A DNA stretch of 64,000 nucleotides from positions 124,001 to 188,000 of the forward strand of contig CM119378.1 of assembly GCA_051294905.1 (NCBI GenBank). The letters are read 5' to 3'. Below, in pieces: positions 1 to 13,543 of this stretch (position 1 is the stretch's first letter; each line of letters begins with the position of its first letter). The notes below the pieces were generated by a model. The model saw nothing but the letters and a program-made list of their open reading frames with translations, ran no database searches and was not told where the DNA came from. Origin of the DNA: Botryllus schlosseri. Its lineage: Eukaryota. A program made the position numbers and the translations under genes.

Positions 1-2261
1 CTAAGCTGCGCACGTGCGCAAATGCGCAGTGCTGAAACGGTCTCTGCGCACAGAAAATCTATGCTGCGCACAAAAAATCAGAAATGATGTTTTTTTTTTT
101 ATAGTTGTTGCGCACGGTTGTCCAATGGACCACGCAGACGCGCAGATTCGTGAAAATCAAGATGGAACATTGCCAGGGCCAAATAGTGTTATCACTGAAG
201 TCTGAAACCGGGGTACAAGTGCGCCCCGCAAAGGTAACTATTGCGCTCCGTGAAGAAATGAGAGTTCACAAGTTCACAATCACCTGCTCCTCACGGAAGA
301 TTTTTTTTTAGTATGGCCTCGTACACGTGAGCGATACTGATATCATTTCAATAGCGCATTTTTTTCTGGGAATGGCAAAATAACATGGTTTAACAAAGTT
401 ATAAATAACAATGGGCTAGCTCGAAGTTAATCTGCGAGAAACTAACGAATAGTAGTCTTCTCCGTGTGGCATGAACATTGCGTAAGATTTAATCATGACC
501 GTAACTTTCGCACCCCGAACTCCCCAATTGGAGGGGCCAAGCTTCAAGGGGGTCCGAATTTATTTCGAGAATTAACATAAATCATGGTGTATTTTTTTTG
601 GAATTTTTCAGGAATTTTTTTTCGCGCTACGCGCGTTTTATTATTGTCAGATATCTCATTATTGGGTACCCTTTCCCAACAAAAATTAGGTATGATTTAT
701 AGAAATGGGCAGTTGGGCGTCGGCCATTACCGCACCATGACGCGCCCAAGACATATGAAGTTAAAGGCTATGTAACATGCGACTCCAAGAAGTGCGCCAA
801 AACGATCAGCAGCGAGAAAACCTGGGCGAAAAAGACTGCCCCGGTGCTGACCGAAAACTTCGATATATACAAATATATGTGTAACTGTCCATGTCCATAG
901 GCGCCTAAAAGGCTGGCGACAAATGTTCCTGTCCTGGCGATCCGAGTCCCACAACAAGACAAATGCCATATCGAGGGAACATTATTTTCCAGTTGAGAAA
1001 TACCAATTTGAAATCGTGTACGTCTTTTACTTTAGTACGTTTTGGCGATTTCAATATCTTTTGACATAGCAGATACGGGGTCACGAAATAGCATCATGTA
1101 ACGAAGTCATTATATCAACGGGTACGCCCGAAGATGTTTTATTTTAATTTAGAGGGCCTATCTATTCCAACACACCTCACTGGATCAGCTCTACCGGTAA
1201 ATCTGATTATGTGAGCAGGAAGAGGATAAAAATTGATAGCAATATATATGCAATTCACGATCATATTGGCCGATGCAATCATGAATTATAGAAATTTTTC
1301 GCGCTTAGGGTCGCTACTACTAAATGGGCACCCAATGTACATCATAAGTACCGGAAAAAGCCTAGAGCCGTGGGGGGGGGTCTGGGAGGCGAAGCCCCCC
1401 AGTAGCTAGTTTTATCACCCTATTGGAGGGTGGTTGCGCACTGTTGTCCGAGGGCCTGCGCAGTGAGTTGGCGTGTTTGCGCAGACTCTTGAAAAATTAG
1501 AGGGAACATTGACTAGGGGTTGTCCAAAATTTGGAAAATCTTACAAATCCTCCGTTGTAATGTCTTATTCTATAGATTATTGATGAAAAACGACAATGGG
1601 CCTAAAAGAAGCTCACAGGAAAGCCGTTAAGATTTGGTGCAAAGAATTTCAAAGTAGCTGCCGAAGAATGGGCGTGCCACCGACCATAGAACGGCGAGAA
1701 GACTATTAATCACGAAACCACGGCTCTTGATTGGCTAATCCGCTATGCTCCAATAACCAGCAGCTTGCTGATTAGGTGATCAAGGAGTCTGCTACCGGCG
1801 GCGATTCTAAAAGCGCATGGTATGTAGGTTGACAGATAATGAATTAGGATTGATTCAGGGTATGTTGAGGTACGAAATACATGATGAACAAACAACAGCT
1901 GCTGCACAAAAACGTCTAAAGCAGTGGTTCCTAACCTAGCCTCCAGCGCCCCCAAGGGGTGCTGGCGATTTTGAAGGGGGCGGAAGCGCTCAGGGGGCGA
2001 TATGGGGCCCGTTGGAGAAAAATGGCTTTGCAGTACATGATGTAGTAGTAAGACATATCCTTAATAAGTATTCAGAGCAAATTAACATTCCACAAAACAT
2101 GTCAAAACCCGAAATTTTGCTACATATGTTTTCATAAATGTAGTGTGTTATTATAATTCATGTAGAATGAATTGCGCATACTTTTAGATCACCAATTTCC
2201 CGTTAAAACACTGCCGTCACGCTTGCTAAGGTTATTTTCAACAAAATGTTTCCAACTAGGT

Positions 2262-3747
2262 CATAGGCGCCGACTTACGCGGTTACGAGGTGGCGGCCAC
2301 CTCGTACGAAATACTCAAATGCCCAAGTGATTTGTGACCGGTAATTAGTAATCCAGCGAATCGTCGCGAGCTCGTTGGAGACGTCTTCATTTTCGATACG
2401 TGCGTGTGCCAGTCGCGTAGCCTTGGGGGTTTCGGGGTTCGAATCCCCCTGTTTGAAACGCGAAACCCCGTCATTTTGAAAGGACCATTGTAACTCTAAT
2501 GTTCAATTGCAATTCAAAAATTTTGTTATCAGTGTTCGCGCGGCCGATTTGCGAGAAGCGTCAATTAGCGCGCGTGTGTGATGATATCCCGCTGAGATGG
2601 TCGCGAAATTAGGTCAATCATTCCCGTGCGCCTGATTTATCACGTCTCGAACAACCTTGATTCCGCGGGCTTGAACAATCGCATCTGCGGCCCAGTTCAC
2701 ACGGTATCATCGCTTGACTGCGCAATCGCATCTTCATTGGCGGCTTCTGCCGGTTGTGCACGATATCATCGCTGGCCTTCACGATAGCATCTCTAATAGG
2801 CCTAGTGCGAAAAATATCATTGCTGGCCTAACTATCGCGTCTCGGGCTCCCTTCTCTCGCTGGTTTGAAGACAATGCGATCGAGTTTACACTGATTGTCA
2901 TATTAATTAAAGAGCGACATCGCCAAACTAAATAACATCGAATCGCTGAAAACAGACTGTAACGTGCGTAATTGATGTCCGCTAATACTTGAACATAACG
3001 TTCAGAAGATGTGTATCATGGCTTGACTTCTAAAAGACGTAAAACGTCTGAACCATCTGAAATCGGTGCCATCAGGTTAGCACATCTTGATTTGGGAAAA
3101 CTGTCGCCGAGGGTGCGTAATACGTGCTCATATTTAATTGTTTGCCAGAGATCAGGCACTCGCTAATTGATAGCACTTCCGGACTCTTTAGCAAGCTTAT
3201 CATACGCCTAAAATCGTCAACAAGAAGATATTATATTATCGTCATTTACACTTGTACTTAATCCGAATTGAATTGATATTGGTAAATTTGAAAAAATCCA
3301 TGTCCCGCTAATTTTCCGACTGGCCACGCGCCTAGCGTGTGCTGACAAGTACCATCATAGATCTCCTCGCCCGACCACGCGCTCAAATAGGCGTTCTACT
3401 TTTCTAAAATCTAAATTATGTGCGTCCATATTCGTTCACAAAACCATTCTTGAGCTAGCTAGCTTCGTGATAGTCTTGGTAATAGGAGCGCGAAATTGAA
3501 AGGTGTGTTGGTGTGTGCCTGCAAATTGGAATTTATTTCTGCGCATATTCGTTTCTCTAACAAGGCTTTGCCAGTAACATTACTCGGGAAATGCAGCAAT
3601 ACAGCTTAAATACCGATATGTGCGATGTGCGTGCACGCGGCATGTAGTAAAGTGCGTTTTAGTGCGACGTTGACGTCATCGATAGGGTACAATTATGACG
3701 TCACAAGATTTCGCCACCTCGTAAAAAAATAAAAGTCGGCGCCTATG
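2262..3747. mobile_element. hAT-type non-autonomous element
   Basis: TIR CATAGGCGCCGACTT; 8-bp TSD AACTAGGT (2254-2261, 3748-3755). Confidence 0.9.
2410..3334. mobile_element. hAT-type element nested in 2262-3747
   Basis: 8-bp TSD GCGTGTGC (2402-2409, 3335-3342); degenerate TIR CAGTCGCGTAGCC / TAGGCGCGTGGCC. Confidence 0.7.
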
Positions 3748-4869
3748 AACTAGGTATCATATCCTGCAGCGCACAGCGTGTGGAAATCGAAGAAGGAGGC
3801 ACTGTATATCACTTTTGAGAGTGAGAGCCCCTTGTACATAAAATATGTTTTTAAGCTTACGAAATGAATAACTAAATATACTTGTATTTGAGAGTAACAA
3901 AATTAAGTCGTAAAAATATTTCTTCATCGTATCTTAAAGGATGGTACTATCTACTGTTGTGGTCCACAATGTAACATGAACAGTATATAATGAGTTGCTT
4001 TGTTTGAAATACATTCAGCATAGTATGCGCTTATTTTTACACCTCTTTTTAACGTCATCATTAAGGAATTTGACAACACTTGCAAGTGAATACAATTTGA
4101 TGTAAGCATCTGATAAGCGCCAAGCATAACCCGCTGATTCAGCCGATCCTTAGAGCTTTCAAAACTTCAACTTCAATGTACTACAACCTGACCGCAATAA
4201 GATCTCACAAATTATAGTCTTATTGTTACGCTTTATATTTGTATTCAATAGTGATATATTCTTTCTGAAACTAGGGATCCCTCGCCACTTGCAAAAGCGC
4301 CTATGCTTTCCCTCATTGAAAACAAAGCATATAGGCTGCGGCGGTCTCCTTCACAATAAAGCGGTCATGCTTTAGACGTTTCTGTGCAGCTGCTGTTTGT
4401 TTGTTCATCATGTGTTTCGTACCTCAACATTCCCTGAATCGATCCTAAATCATTATATATCAACCCACATACAATGCGCTTTCAGTATCGTCGCCGGTAG
4501 CAGACTCCTTGATCAACTGATCAGCATGCTGCTGCTGTCGTGGTCATTGGAGCATAGCCGATTAGTCAATCAAGAGCCGTGGTTTCGTGATTACTAGTCT
4601 TCTCGCCGTTCTATGGTCGGTGGCACGCCCATTCTTCGGCAGCTACTTTCAAAGGCTTTGCACGAAATCTTAACGACCTTCCTGTGAGCTGCTTTTAGGC
4701 CCATTGTCGTTTTTTATCAATAATAATCTATAGAATAAGACATTACAACGGAGGATTTGTAAGATTTTCCAAATTTTGGACAACCCTATTGAGCACCTAG
4801 TAGGCAGCTTTCCATATGAGCCGCGAGTAGGTATGGCGAAGGTGCTGGGCATTTTTTAGTAATCAGCAC

Positions 4870-5012
4870 CAATGTTGCTGACACAGTCTCTGCGCACAGA
4901 AAATCCGAAATGATGACCTTATTTTAGTCGCTACGCACTGTTGTCCAAGGGTCTGCGCAGTGAGTTGGTTGCTGAGTGTGCGCCGACTCGTCAAAAATGA
5001 GAGGGAACATTG
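4870..5012. mobile_element. 143-bp hAT MITE (TGCGCA-rich family; related ends at 1-172 and ~1432-1511)
   Basis: TIR CAATGTT...AACATTG; 8-bp TSD ATCAGCAC (4862-4869, 5013-5020). Confidence 0.85.
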
Positions 5013-5529
5013 ATCAGCACGTCAAACCGAGAGACGCGTTGCACAACATTTTCAAATCGAAATTTGGAGTCGTGACCATGAAAACGCTGGGAAATCCGGG
5101 ATTACAGCAACATGTCCATATTCTGATTTTAATGTACATGCAAAATATTGCAGTTCAATTATAATCTCATTTCAACTTTTTCTGAATACCAGTGCCAACC
5201 ACCGCATCGCCTACAATCACTGTACATGTGCAATGAACACTGTACAGTCATAGTGGTTACTGTCACAGATAATAAATAGCGATAGTGATGTAGTAGCTCG
5301 ACATTTGCCGTTCTCGTGCTAATGAGAACGCAATTCGATTGACTTGATATCAACTAACCTTGATTATGTGGAATTGAGCTCAAGTTTCAAGTTTTTGTGA
5401 ATTCAGTCATTCTAATTCTCCACTAATTGGGATAAAACTGTGTAGCTATCATTTCAATTCTGATCTTATTTAGGAAAGCAGAAAATTTCCTAGTTATACG
5501 AGTCTAAGATCGAGTGACGATCGACCGAC

Positions 5530-5644
5530 CTTATCGACAGGAGGTATGCGGTTAGAAACGTCATCCTCGCTCTTGTAGTAAGAGATGGTGGTGTCCTTGA
5601 AGAGGAACCAGAACTTCTTGTAGCTCTTGATCAGTTTTTTCGGC
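5530..5644 (-). CDS. FERMT: Kindlin coding exon 10 (start of PH domain); remaining exons probably left of the window
   Basis: PKKLIKSYKKFWFLFKDTTISYYKSEDDVSNRIPPVDK. I found no further kindlin exon in 1-5529. Confidence 0.93.
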
Positions 5645-5747
5645 CTGGAATCACGGTACAGGGTAGACATGGCGAGGGGGTGGGAATAGTTGACAACAGA
5701 CTTGTACGAGGGTTGTTAGTTTGTACAAGCCTAGTCAGTAAACTCAC

Positions 5748-5797
5748 TTGAAGAATTTGATGTAGTTGGCAAGCTCCGGGACGCTCGTGATGTCGCC
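5748..5797 (-). CDS. FERMT: Kindlin coding exon 9
   Basis: GDITSVPELANYIKFF(K) (kindlin GDITSIPELADYIKVFK); CAG acceptor, GTGAGT donor. Confidence 0.93.
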
Positions 5798-5862
5798 CTG
5801 CTCCACCGAGAAAAAGATATTTGGAGATCACGAGGGAATGATAACTGATAACAAGATGTCAC

Positions 5863-5988
5863 CTTTGGATTATTTCCGCCCATTCCGAGAGAGTCCTCGA
5901 GCTCGTGTAACGCTTCGTCGATATCTTTGTTTTTGTCGTCGTCTTCTGCGTCGTCTGCAATGTTCTCTGCCAGCCGCGAGATGTGAAA
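5863..5988 (-). CDS. FERMT: Kindlin coding exon 8
   Basis: FHISRLAENIADDAEDDDKNKDIDEALHELEDSLGMGGNNPK (kindlin YHINKL...EVDAALSDLE); 126 bp, AG/GT. Confidence 0.9.
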
Positions 5989-6996
5989 CTATAACAGAAT
6001 GGAGTCCTGTTCCGAATTTTCGGCTAACTAGAATGATAGCTAAACAGTTTTTTTATTAGATTAAAGCAAATTAGCAAAAACTTGCAAATTTTCCGCATTG
6101 GGAATAAATACCATCATTTTTCATGTATAATACTGCTCCAGAAAATTGCATGTAGATTCTGTTGACCGACTTGCGAGAATGATAAGTTACCAACGATGGT
6201 TATGTTTTAGTAGCCTATTAGCGGAAATCCATTACGCACGTTGAAGTCTGCTTGCAACGATTTGATGTCATTTTGTTTTGCGACGTCACTGTTCGGATTG
6301 TTCTAAACGATGGAGAGATAGGAGCCAAGGCATGCGAAGCTCGGGATTCGATAGTTCAGGCCAGCGACGACGTCTTGCGCACGAGGACTATTGCAGATGC
6401 GATTGCTCAGGCCAGCGGTTATGTTGTGTGCACCAGGCCTATTGCAGATGCGACTGTTTAGGCCAGCGATGATATCTTTCGCACCTGGCTTGTTTTAGAT
6501 ACAATTATTCAGGCCTGTTGTTGACGCGATAAATCAGGCCAGCAAGGATTGGCGCGCATGTCGTACAGCAATCAATGACCTAATTTTGCTCGCGTACAAA
6601 TGGCAAACCACATCAGCAGGAGATCGTATGCTATTGTGCAGCAGAGATGTATCTTGCTAATTGGCAGCGCCCAAGACCATCAATACGGATTACTGGGCGG
6701 GATGGCTGAATGGGATGGCCGATTGACAACAAACAAGAAGAAAAGTGTAATTTCATGTTTTATTTCGAGGGAGATTTTTTTTTAAATTGTTGCACCCATG
6801 CATAATACGCACCCACCCACAAATAATTGAGAAGATGTTGCGCATTGCACATGGGAAATTACGGTACAGCAAAATTCAGTTGACACCAAATCAGTGAGAA
6901 GTGAGAATTACATAGCAGCCATTCGCTCGAACGAGTCCAATTCAGTAAGTAGAATTCTGTAGTTGACCACATCTGACGATGACACGATAATCCTAC

Positions 6997-7104
6997 CTGC
7001 AACGTAGCAAACATGATCATTTCCTCCTCCGTACAATCGACCTCCTCACACAGCAACGTCCATCGCGCTTGTTCATACAGCTGGTTGATCCGAATGGCAT
7101 CGTA
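6997..7104 (-). CDS. FERMT: Kindlin coding exon 7 (F2)
   Basis: [36 protein letters not shown]; 108 bp, phase 0/0. Confidence 0.97.
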
Positions 7105-7199
7105 CTGGAAACAGGGGTGTAAAACACGTCAGCCATAACTAACGGGGCAGGTTTTTGCAACTTTTTTTCACAGCTTCCGGCAGCTTCCTAAATACTCGG

Positions 7200-7892
7200 A
7201 AGTTATGTAGTATGGTGTTTTAAGCTGTTTGGAGGATTCTTATATTGCAACTTGTCTCCATTTTTTTCATGCAGCTTTTTTAAAACTTTTTCGGTTTTTC
7301 AGGAAATTTTTGCAAGTTTTTTTTTCGATTTTTCATGCAACCAACTTTTTACTGGAAATATTTGGCACTATATGTAAATAGATCGCTTGATTATTTCCGT
7401 CGTTTAAATTTGAGGTCCTTTACGATTCCGAAGTTATGTAGTATGGTGTTTTAAGCTGTTTGGGGGATTCTTATATTGCAACTTGTCTCCATTTTTTTCA
7501 TGCAGCTTTTTTAAAACTTTTTCGGTTTTTCAGGAAATTTTTGCAAGTTTTTTTTTCGATTTTTCATGCAACCAACTTTTTACTGGAAATATTTGGCACT
7601 ATATGTAAATAGATCGCTTGATTATTTCCGTCGTTTAAATTTGAGGTCCTTTACGATTCCGAAGTTATGTAGTATGGTGTTTTAAGCTGTTTGGGGGATT
7701 CTTATATTGCAACTTGTCTCCATTTTTTTCATGCAGCTTTATTAAAACTTTTTTGGTTTTTCATGAAAGTTTTGCAAGTTTTTTTTTCGACTTTTCATGC
7801 AACCAACTTTTTACTAGAAATATTTGGCACTATATGTAAATAGATCGCTTGATTATTTCCCTATCGTTTAAATTTGAGGTCCTTTCCGATTC
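7200..7892. repeat. Tandem repeat, 3 x 231 bp, inside a TIR element (~7143-8138)
   Basis: Unit start AAGTTATGTAGTATGG at 7200, 7431 and 7662; flanking inverted GGGGCA(G/A)GTTTTTG. Confidence 0.9.
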
Positions 7893-10232
7893 GACGTACA
7901 TTCAGGCCATACTGCCGAAAGTTATATTTTCACTGGGTTAGTTTTTTCAGGCTATTGATTTAGTTGAAGTCGCCAACACTGAGTTTTGCAACAGTGCCTT
8001 GGATATGGATCGATTCGAGTATCTCGCACCCTAATCATTTCACGGAACTTGTTCATAAATGCAACTTTTTAGTGCAACTTTATGAAAAATAAATGCAACA
8101 TTACAAGGATTTGACTGCAACAAAAACTTGCCCTACTGATTATCCATTTATGCGCAGTATAACGTCACAATTTACTTCCTACTAGGTGAGATTATTTAGG
8201 GGGTAAATACAGTAATTTGGGCTTATTTATAAGCATACGTCTTAGAGATGGTGTGAACGTGCGGTTCACGTTCACAAACAAACCTTAGTAGGTTCTGCAC
8301 TGAGAACCTTTTTCATATATTACAATTTTTCATGTCATTATCACGTGTCTTTGGTTGAAATTCCTTGCTTTTCAGTATCCGCAAGGCGCTGGCAGCATGA
8401 AAAGAAACTCAGCCCTAACCAAGCATACACCTTGCCAATTTCAAAATTTGTTTGCTCGGAATATTCAGCTTCTCGTTTGCAAGTCTGCAGCGATTCTCTG
8501 CTGCAAGCTCGACCCGCAATCACACAATAGCAAGAACAAAACACGCTACATGTTGGAAATCAGCAAATGGAACTTAGTCCACCAACCAATTATTTACATC
8601 AACAAATTAGATATAAATAATGCATCAATGTCTATTGTAAAAATAACTATCAGGCGTACAAGGATCTATCTTGATTTGATGTCCTTATTGGATACCCGAT
8701 AAGGTCGTTGGTTACTGTAAACCTTGGTTTTTAGATAATATCTGGAGCAAGTATAGGATTAGGAACCGGTGTTTCGCTCTTCAAGAAACACATCTGTCTG
8801 ATCTAGTCAAGTCCTCGTCAGAATTGTTGGCAAAGTGACAGTAGATATTGATTTTGTGGAATTATTATGATAAACGTCAGCATTGTGGCATAATGTGGCC
8901 TTGCCTGAGTCTTCGCTGGACGCTAGGTATCATGTACATTGATATATTAGGCTACTTTACAGAAATGTAGGGTTGGAATAGGTTCACGTTCACACAAAAC
9001 TTTTTTAAAACACCGCTGAAGCAAATCGGATGGTGAGGAGCCTAGATGAGCCTTTCACGTCCGCAGTCATTTGTTACATGCAGGACCTTAACTGAACCAA
9101 TTGGTGCATCGAGCTCGAAGAGCGGCCAACATTATCTCATGGATCAACATAAATTATGCAGCATTTGTTAGGAGAAATATTGAACTTCTTTCAAATTTTC
9201 TTAGCGCCGCGATTTGAAATCGTCAGATGTCTTGGATTAAATAGGGGTACCCATCTCGTCAATAAAATAATACGGATGATTTATAGAAATAGGCCTTTCT
9301 GTGTAGGCCATTACCGCGCTATGACATATTAAGACATATCAACCAACATGTGACTCTGCGAATTGTGCTTCCAAATGATTGACAAAAACCCTCTGCCAAA
9401 ACGGATCGAAACCTTTGGTATATATATGACGAATTGTCCATTGGCTATAGGCGCCTAACTGGCTGTCTCCAAATATTGCTGTCACCAAAAATTCACAGTA
9501 GTACAGGCAATTTCCAATATCATTGATCGAATGCCATCATCAATTCAGTAAAATGTTCAAATTGTTCATGCTAGACGCGACCAGATAACTGTGACACACT
9601 GACAATATAAAAACTGGCCCCCACGAGCTGTGGTTTAAAGTTTAAACGTTAGTCGCGAAAGGGCTTCTGGTGGGCCGCGCAATGAATTTTGGATGAAAAG
9701 TGGGTCGCGAACTGAAAAAGGTTGGGAAGCACAGTTCTAAACTACTGTCAATCTCGTAAAACGAATGTCATATCCGTAATCAGCAACCTTGAATCCCTCA
9801 AAAAACATTCCTGGGTGTTCTACCAGTGGTATCATTGGTTTGCCGATGATATCATGTCGATATCACACTTTAAATGAAATGTCAGTGTCGGCCATGAGAG
9901 GTAAAATATATCGGCCATTTACATGACGTCACAGCATGGTGGCAGCGAGTCAGAGAACTCTGATCCGCACTGTCAGACTGGGAATATCGATCTATTCCTT
10001 ATAAGTTACAGGTGCCCAGATGCAGCCTTTCTAAATTATTTCATGCCCCGTAAAACAGGGACGCTGAAAACGCTGAAGTTTTGGAAATGCGCCTCAAGCT
10101 AGACGCCACATCTTTAGAATATAGGCTGAATATACATCGGGCTTGACAGTGAAGGCACAAGTGATCAGTATTATCGGTACGGGCTCAAGAAGCCAACCTA
10201 AGTCGGGCACATCTGAACAGGTGAAATCCTAC

Positions 10233-10335
10233 CTTCGGATTGAGATCGTAAAACGAATAAAATTTGAATCTGAGAAGCATTGTGTCGTTTTCCTTGACGC
10301 GTTGTTCCATCAGAGACTTTGAGCTGTCGAGCCAT
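10233..10335 (-). CDS. FERMT: Kindlin coding exon 6
   Basis: [34 protein letters not shown], close to the kindlin consensus. Bounded by TTTTAG and GTAGG. Confidence 0.95.
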
Positions 10336-11853
10336 CTAAAACAGCAGAGATGAACGAACGTTTAAAATCTCAAATTCTATGTGGCAAGAGACTCTAGGTC
10401 AGGGATTTGTATCTTTTTTGACATCGTGGCCTCTCTTGGAAAATTTTGAAAAAACAACTCGGCTTTTGACAAGATGAGGAAATACTATTTTGATTTAAAA
10501 AAACTAGTTGATACAGTAACCGGTAATTAATTAGATAGAGTGAAAAAATGATATGAATACAACACACAAGAAACATGATAGTGCAAGTGCATTATTGAGT
10601 CATTACATATTCCGTTCACGATGGTTGAGCTTGTTTATGCTCTGACAATGTCTTAATTGCTCATTTGGTGGTGTGACGATTCAGCTGCTTCGATAATGAA
10701 TGTGCAAAACACTGCAGTGCTTTGTCTTCCCAAGCAACATTGTGGATATCCACATTCGCAACATCTTTGAGCAAGGAGAGCCATTGTGCGGATTTTAAAA
10801 CATGATCAAATTTAAAATAAAACAAAGAAAGAAACCTAAAGCAGTAGCTTTTTGCTGTAGGCCGAGGCCTACGGTTATTAAGTTTTAATTCATTTATTTA
10901 TGTAAAGTGGAGTGGACTTGAATATGATAAATTTTCTCAAATGTTTTCATGGTCATGCTGAAAAGGGCTCCTGGCCCCCGAGGATTGCAAACCATTGCCA
11001 TAGAAGGTACAAAGCTTCAATATGCAATTGCAAAATAGTTTCCCGTTTGAAATAAATCCGAATCATTTTTGAAACGAAACTCGTCAGTGGCAATCGTCAG
11101 CGACTAGAGAATTGAAACGAACTTTGCAGATCAAGTGTTGCGTCACCGACATGAAAATATGAATCATCAATGTACTATTTTTAGATTGTACCGTTACTCG
11201 TTCTGCAGGTACAAACTAGGTAGTCGGATTTTAACAAACTTTGATTGGAATGAATATGAATACAACATAGAATGGCCCCTCCCTATGTTACAAAATCTGT
11301 TGTGGCGATCATTTTACACACAAATTGAATTCTTCATTCAATGTTCGCGAATCGCACTTGTACAATTGTCGAAAGCACAACTTGAACTAGAACTACTCTC
11401 TTATTAAAAGTCGCAACTAGAACTAGAACAAACAACCATTAAAATCTGCAACTTACTAAAACGTATCTAACTAGATTCAATTCCAAAGCAACTAAAACGT
11501 AATAACTAACTGCAAATGAGCTAAGAAATATCGGAGATAAAACTGACATTGCAAAAGGAATGGCTTTCGAGTTTGAAATGGAAGGGTTTCCATCCAAATA
11601 AACTCACCCCTGCCTACCCCACTGTTAGAAGTGATGACTCCGAACTAGAAATGGCTGCATTACCATCACACAACAGAAGGACTCCCGACAAACGACCACA
11701 CACAATTAGAACTATAACTAATCACTTCTCAAGATCCGCGTCTAGAACAAGAACCAAAAGCACTAAAAAACGGTGGTAACCTAAAAAAGTACTAGTATAT
11801 TGCCAATGGCATAATTAATGACCATTGGAATTTGATCATTCATATTTGCTCAC

Positions 11854-12049
11854 CCGGTGTTGCGTTTTGCTTTGTCGTGAAGCGATTTGGGACGAAATAG
11901 ATTGGCCAGGGCGGCTGGCGATGGCTTTTGCGGAGATTTCATTAAAACTCTCGGGTCGATGAACGCGGCATCCAAGAGTTCCAGGCTGTTCGCAGAGAGC
12001 GGACTCAGACCTTTGTTCTTTGGTGTGAGAGTGTTGTACATAGGAGAGC
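11854..12049 (-). CDS. FERMT: Kindlin coding exon 5
   Basis: GSPMYNTLTP...ANLFRPKSLHDKAKRNTG (kindlin MFKPQALLDKAKINQG). Acceptor TGTCAG, donor GG|GTGAG. Confidence 0.9.
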
Positions 12050-12370
12050 CTGACAGAAAGACCAACGTCGCATCAGAGTTACTAAACTAGAACATCTTCA
12101 GCCCTTTCAAATAAGATTAGAATTGGAATTATACCTACTTTTCAGTTTTTTCCGAATTAGAATTATACTCAGTTTTTCTCAATTACATTAAAATTACAAT
12201 GTCTGAATTGGCAAAAACTTGGAAATGGAATTCAATTCTAACGTAAAAATATATACAACAATTACTAAGATCACTTCATATCGAACCAGAATGATTCTCA
12301 TAACCACAAGAATGGGAAATGTATGTAAACCAAGTTCAACTTGCTTCAGTAGTTTCACACTATACAGTAC

Positions 12371-13356
12371 TAGTAGGGCAAAAAGAAAGCCTTTTCTTCG
12401 GATTTCACTGGCTACTTGATGAAATTGTTAGGTTGGTTAAATAACGCTTCACACCAACTTTAGCTTAATTCCAACCAGTAGAAGCGAATTTCTTGCAGTA
12501 GAAAGTTTTGAATTTATCATTAAAAAATAAAAAAATTGAATTTCAAAATTTTTATGTCAATCCCATAAAATTGTTAGGCTGTCAGTAGAGATGATGCATA
12601 CCACATTGGGCTCAATTCCAATCACATGAAGCGAAGCTATTGCAGTAGAAGAAAAATTTCTAATTCCATGATTTTATAACAGTGGTTCCCAACGTGGGCG
12701 ATTTGGCGGTCTAGGGGGGCAATAGGGGGGCGAAAAAGGACAAAGGGGGCGACGGGAGGCGAAAATGGCGAAGGGGACGATAGGGGGGCGATGACACGTC
12801 AAAACAGCTGACCTTTTTTCTTTTTTTTTAGTCAACCCACGGAAATTTAGTTACAAAAGTGTGAAATTATTAGGCTTCGAGCCGAAAAGTTGACCTTTTT
12901 TTTTAGTCAACCCGCCGGTGATTATAGTTTGTATGCCCAATTTTCGGTACACAAAATTTGGGGGGCGATGATCGGTGTTGAGCTTGAAAAGGGGGCGATG
13001 GGTCGAAAAAGGTTGGGAACCACTGCTTTATAATAACTACGGTAATTAATGAGTTAGTCACCGTAAATACTATTTTATTCAAATCCAAATTTTTCTATTG
13101 CAATAACTTCGCTTTTAGTGGTTGGAATTGAGCCAAATTTGGTGTGCATCATCTCTACTGACAGCTTAACAATTTTACGGGGCCGACAGAAAAATTTTGA
13201 AATTTTATTTTTTCATTTTTTAATGATAAATTCAGAACTTTCTACTGGTTGAAATGGAGCCAAAGTTAGTGTGCAGCGTTTTTTTAACCAACCTAACAAT
13301 TTGATCAAGTAGCCAGTGAAATCTGAAGAAAAAGCTTTTTTTGAACAGCCCTACTA
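12371..13356. mobile_element. Palindromic long-TIR MITE (related half copy at ~18100-18480)
   Basis: TAGTAGGGC...GCCCTACTA ends and ~290-bp imperfect inverted arms. Confidence 0.75.
12680..13025. mobile_element. hAT MITE (GGGGGCGA-rich) nested in 12371-13356
   Basis: TIR CAGTGGTTCCCAAC; near-perfect TSD TTTTATAA / CTTTATAA. Confidence 0.85.
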
Positions 13357-13543
13357 TATACAGTTTTTCTGTAGCATTTTCACAGAAAGCAGAATGAGAT
13401 TATAATCAAATCGAGAGCATAAAACAATTCAAAAATTAGATTAGAATAAGATGACATGTACCGTATCTGGCTCTATTCAGACTTCCAAATGTGCGAGTCT
13501 GTGTCCCGTAGAACCTCTTTCGGAAGATGATAGAAAATCTAAC

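Larger units (their letters stand above)
1514..4788. mobile_element. Long-TIR DNA element hosting nested insertions
   Basis: ~400-bp inverted repeats, 1514-1921 versus ~4370-4788, with TAGGG...CCCTA ends; TSD not resolved. Confidence 0.8.

Noticed and set aside
1..5529. Further kindlin exons (rest of the PH domain, F3)
   Set aside because: I found no GCEV-, WMAAC- or similar kindlin peptides on the minus strand; the region is mostly nested transposons.
13461..13543. Open frame VRFSIIFRKRFYGTQTRTFGSLNRARY ending at a phase-1 donor (G|GTACAT), a possible extra kindlin exon
   Set aside because: No AG gives the right frame from the exon 4 donor, and the implied introns are only 27-45 nt. It would need an indel error or non-canonical splicing; RNA-seq would settle it.
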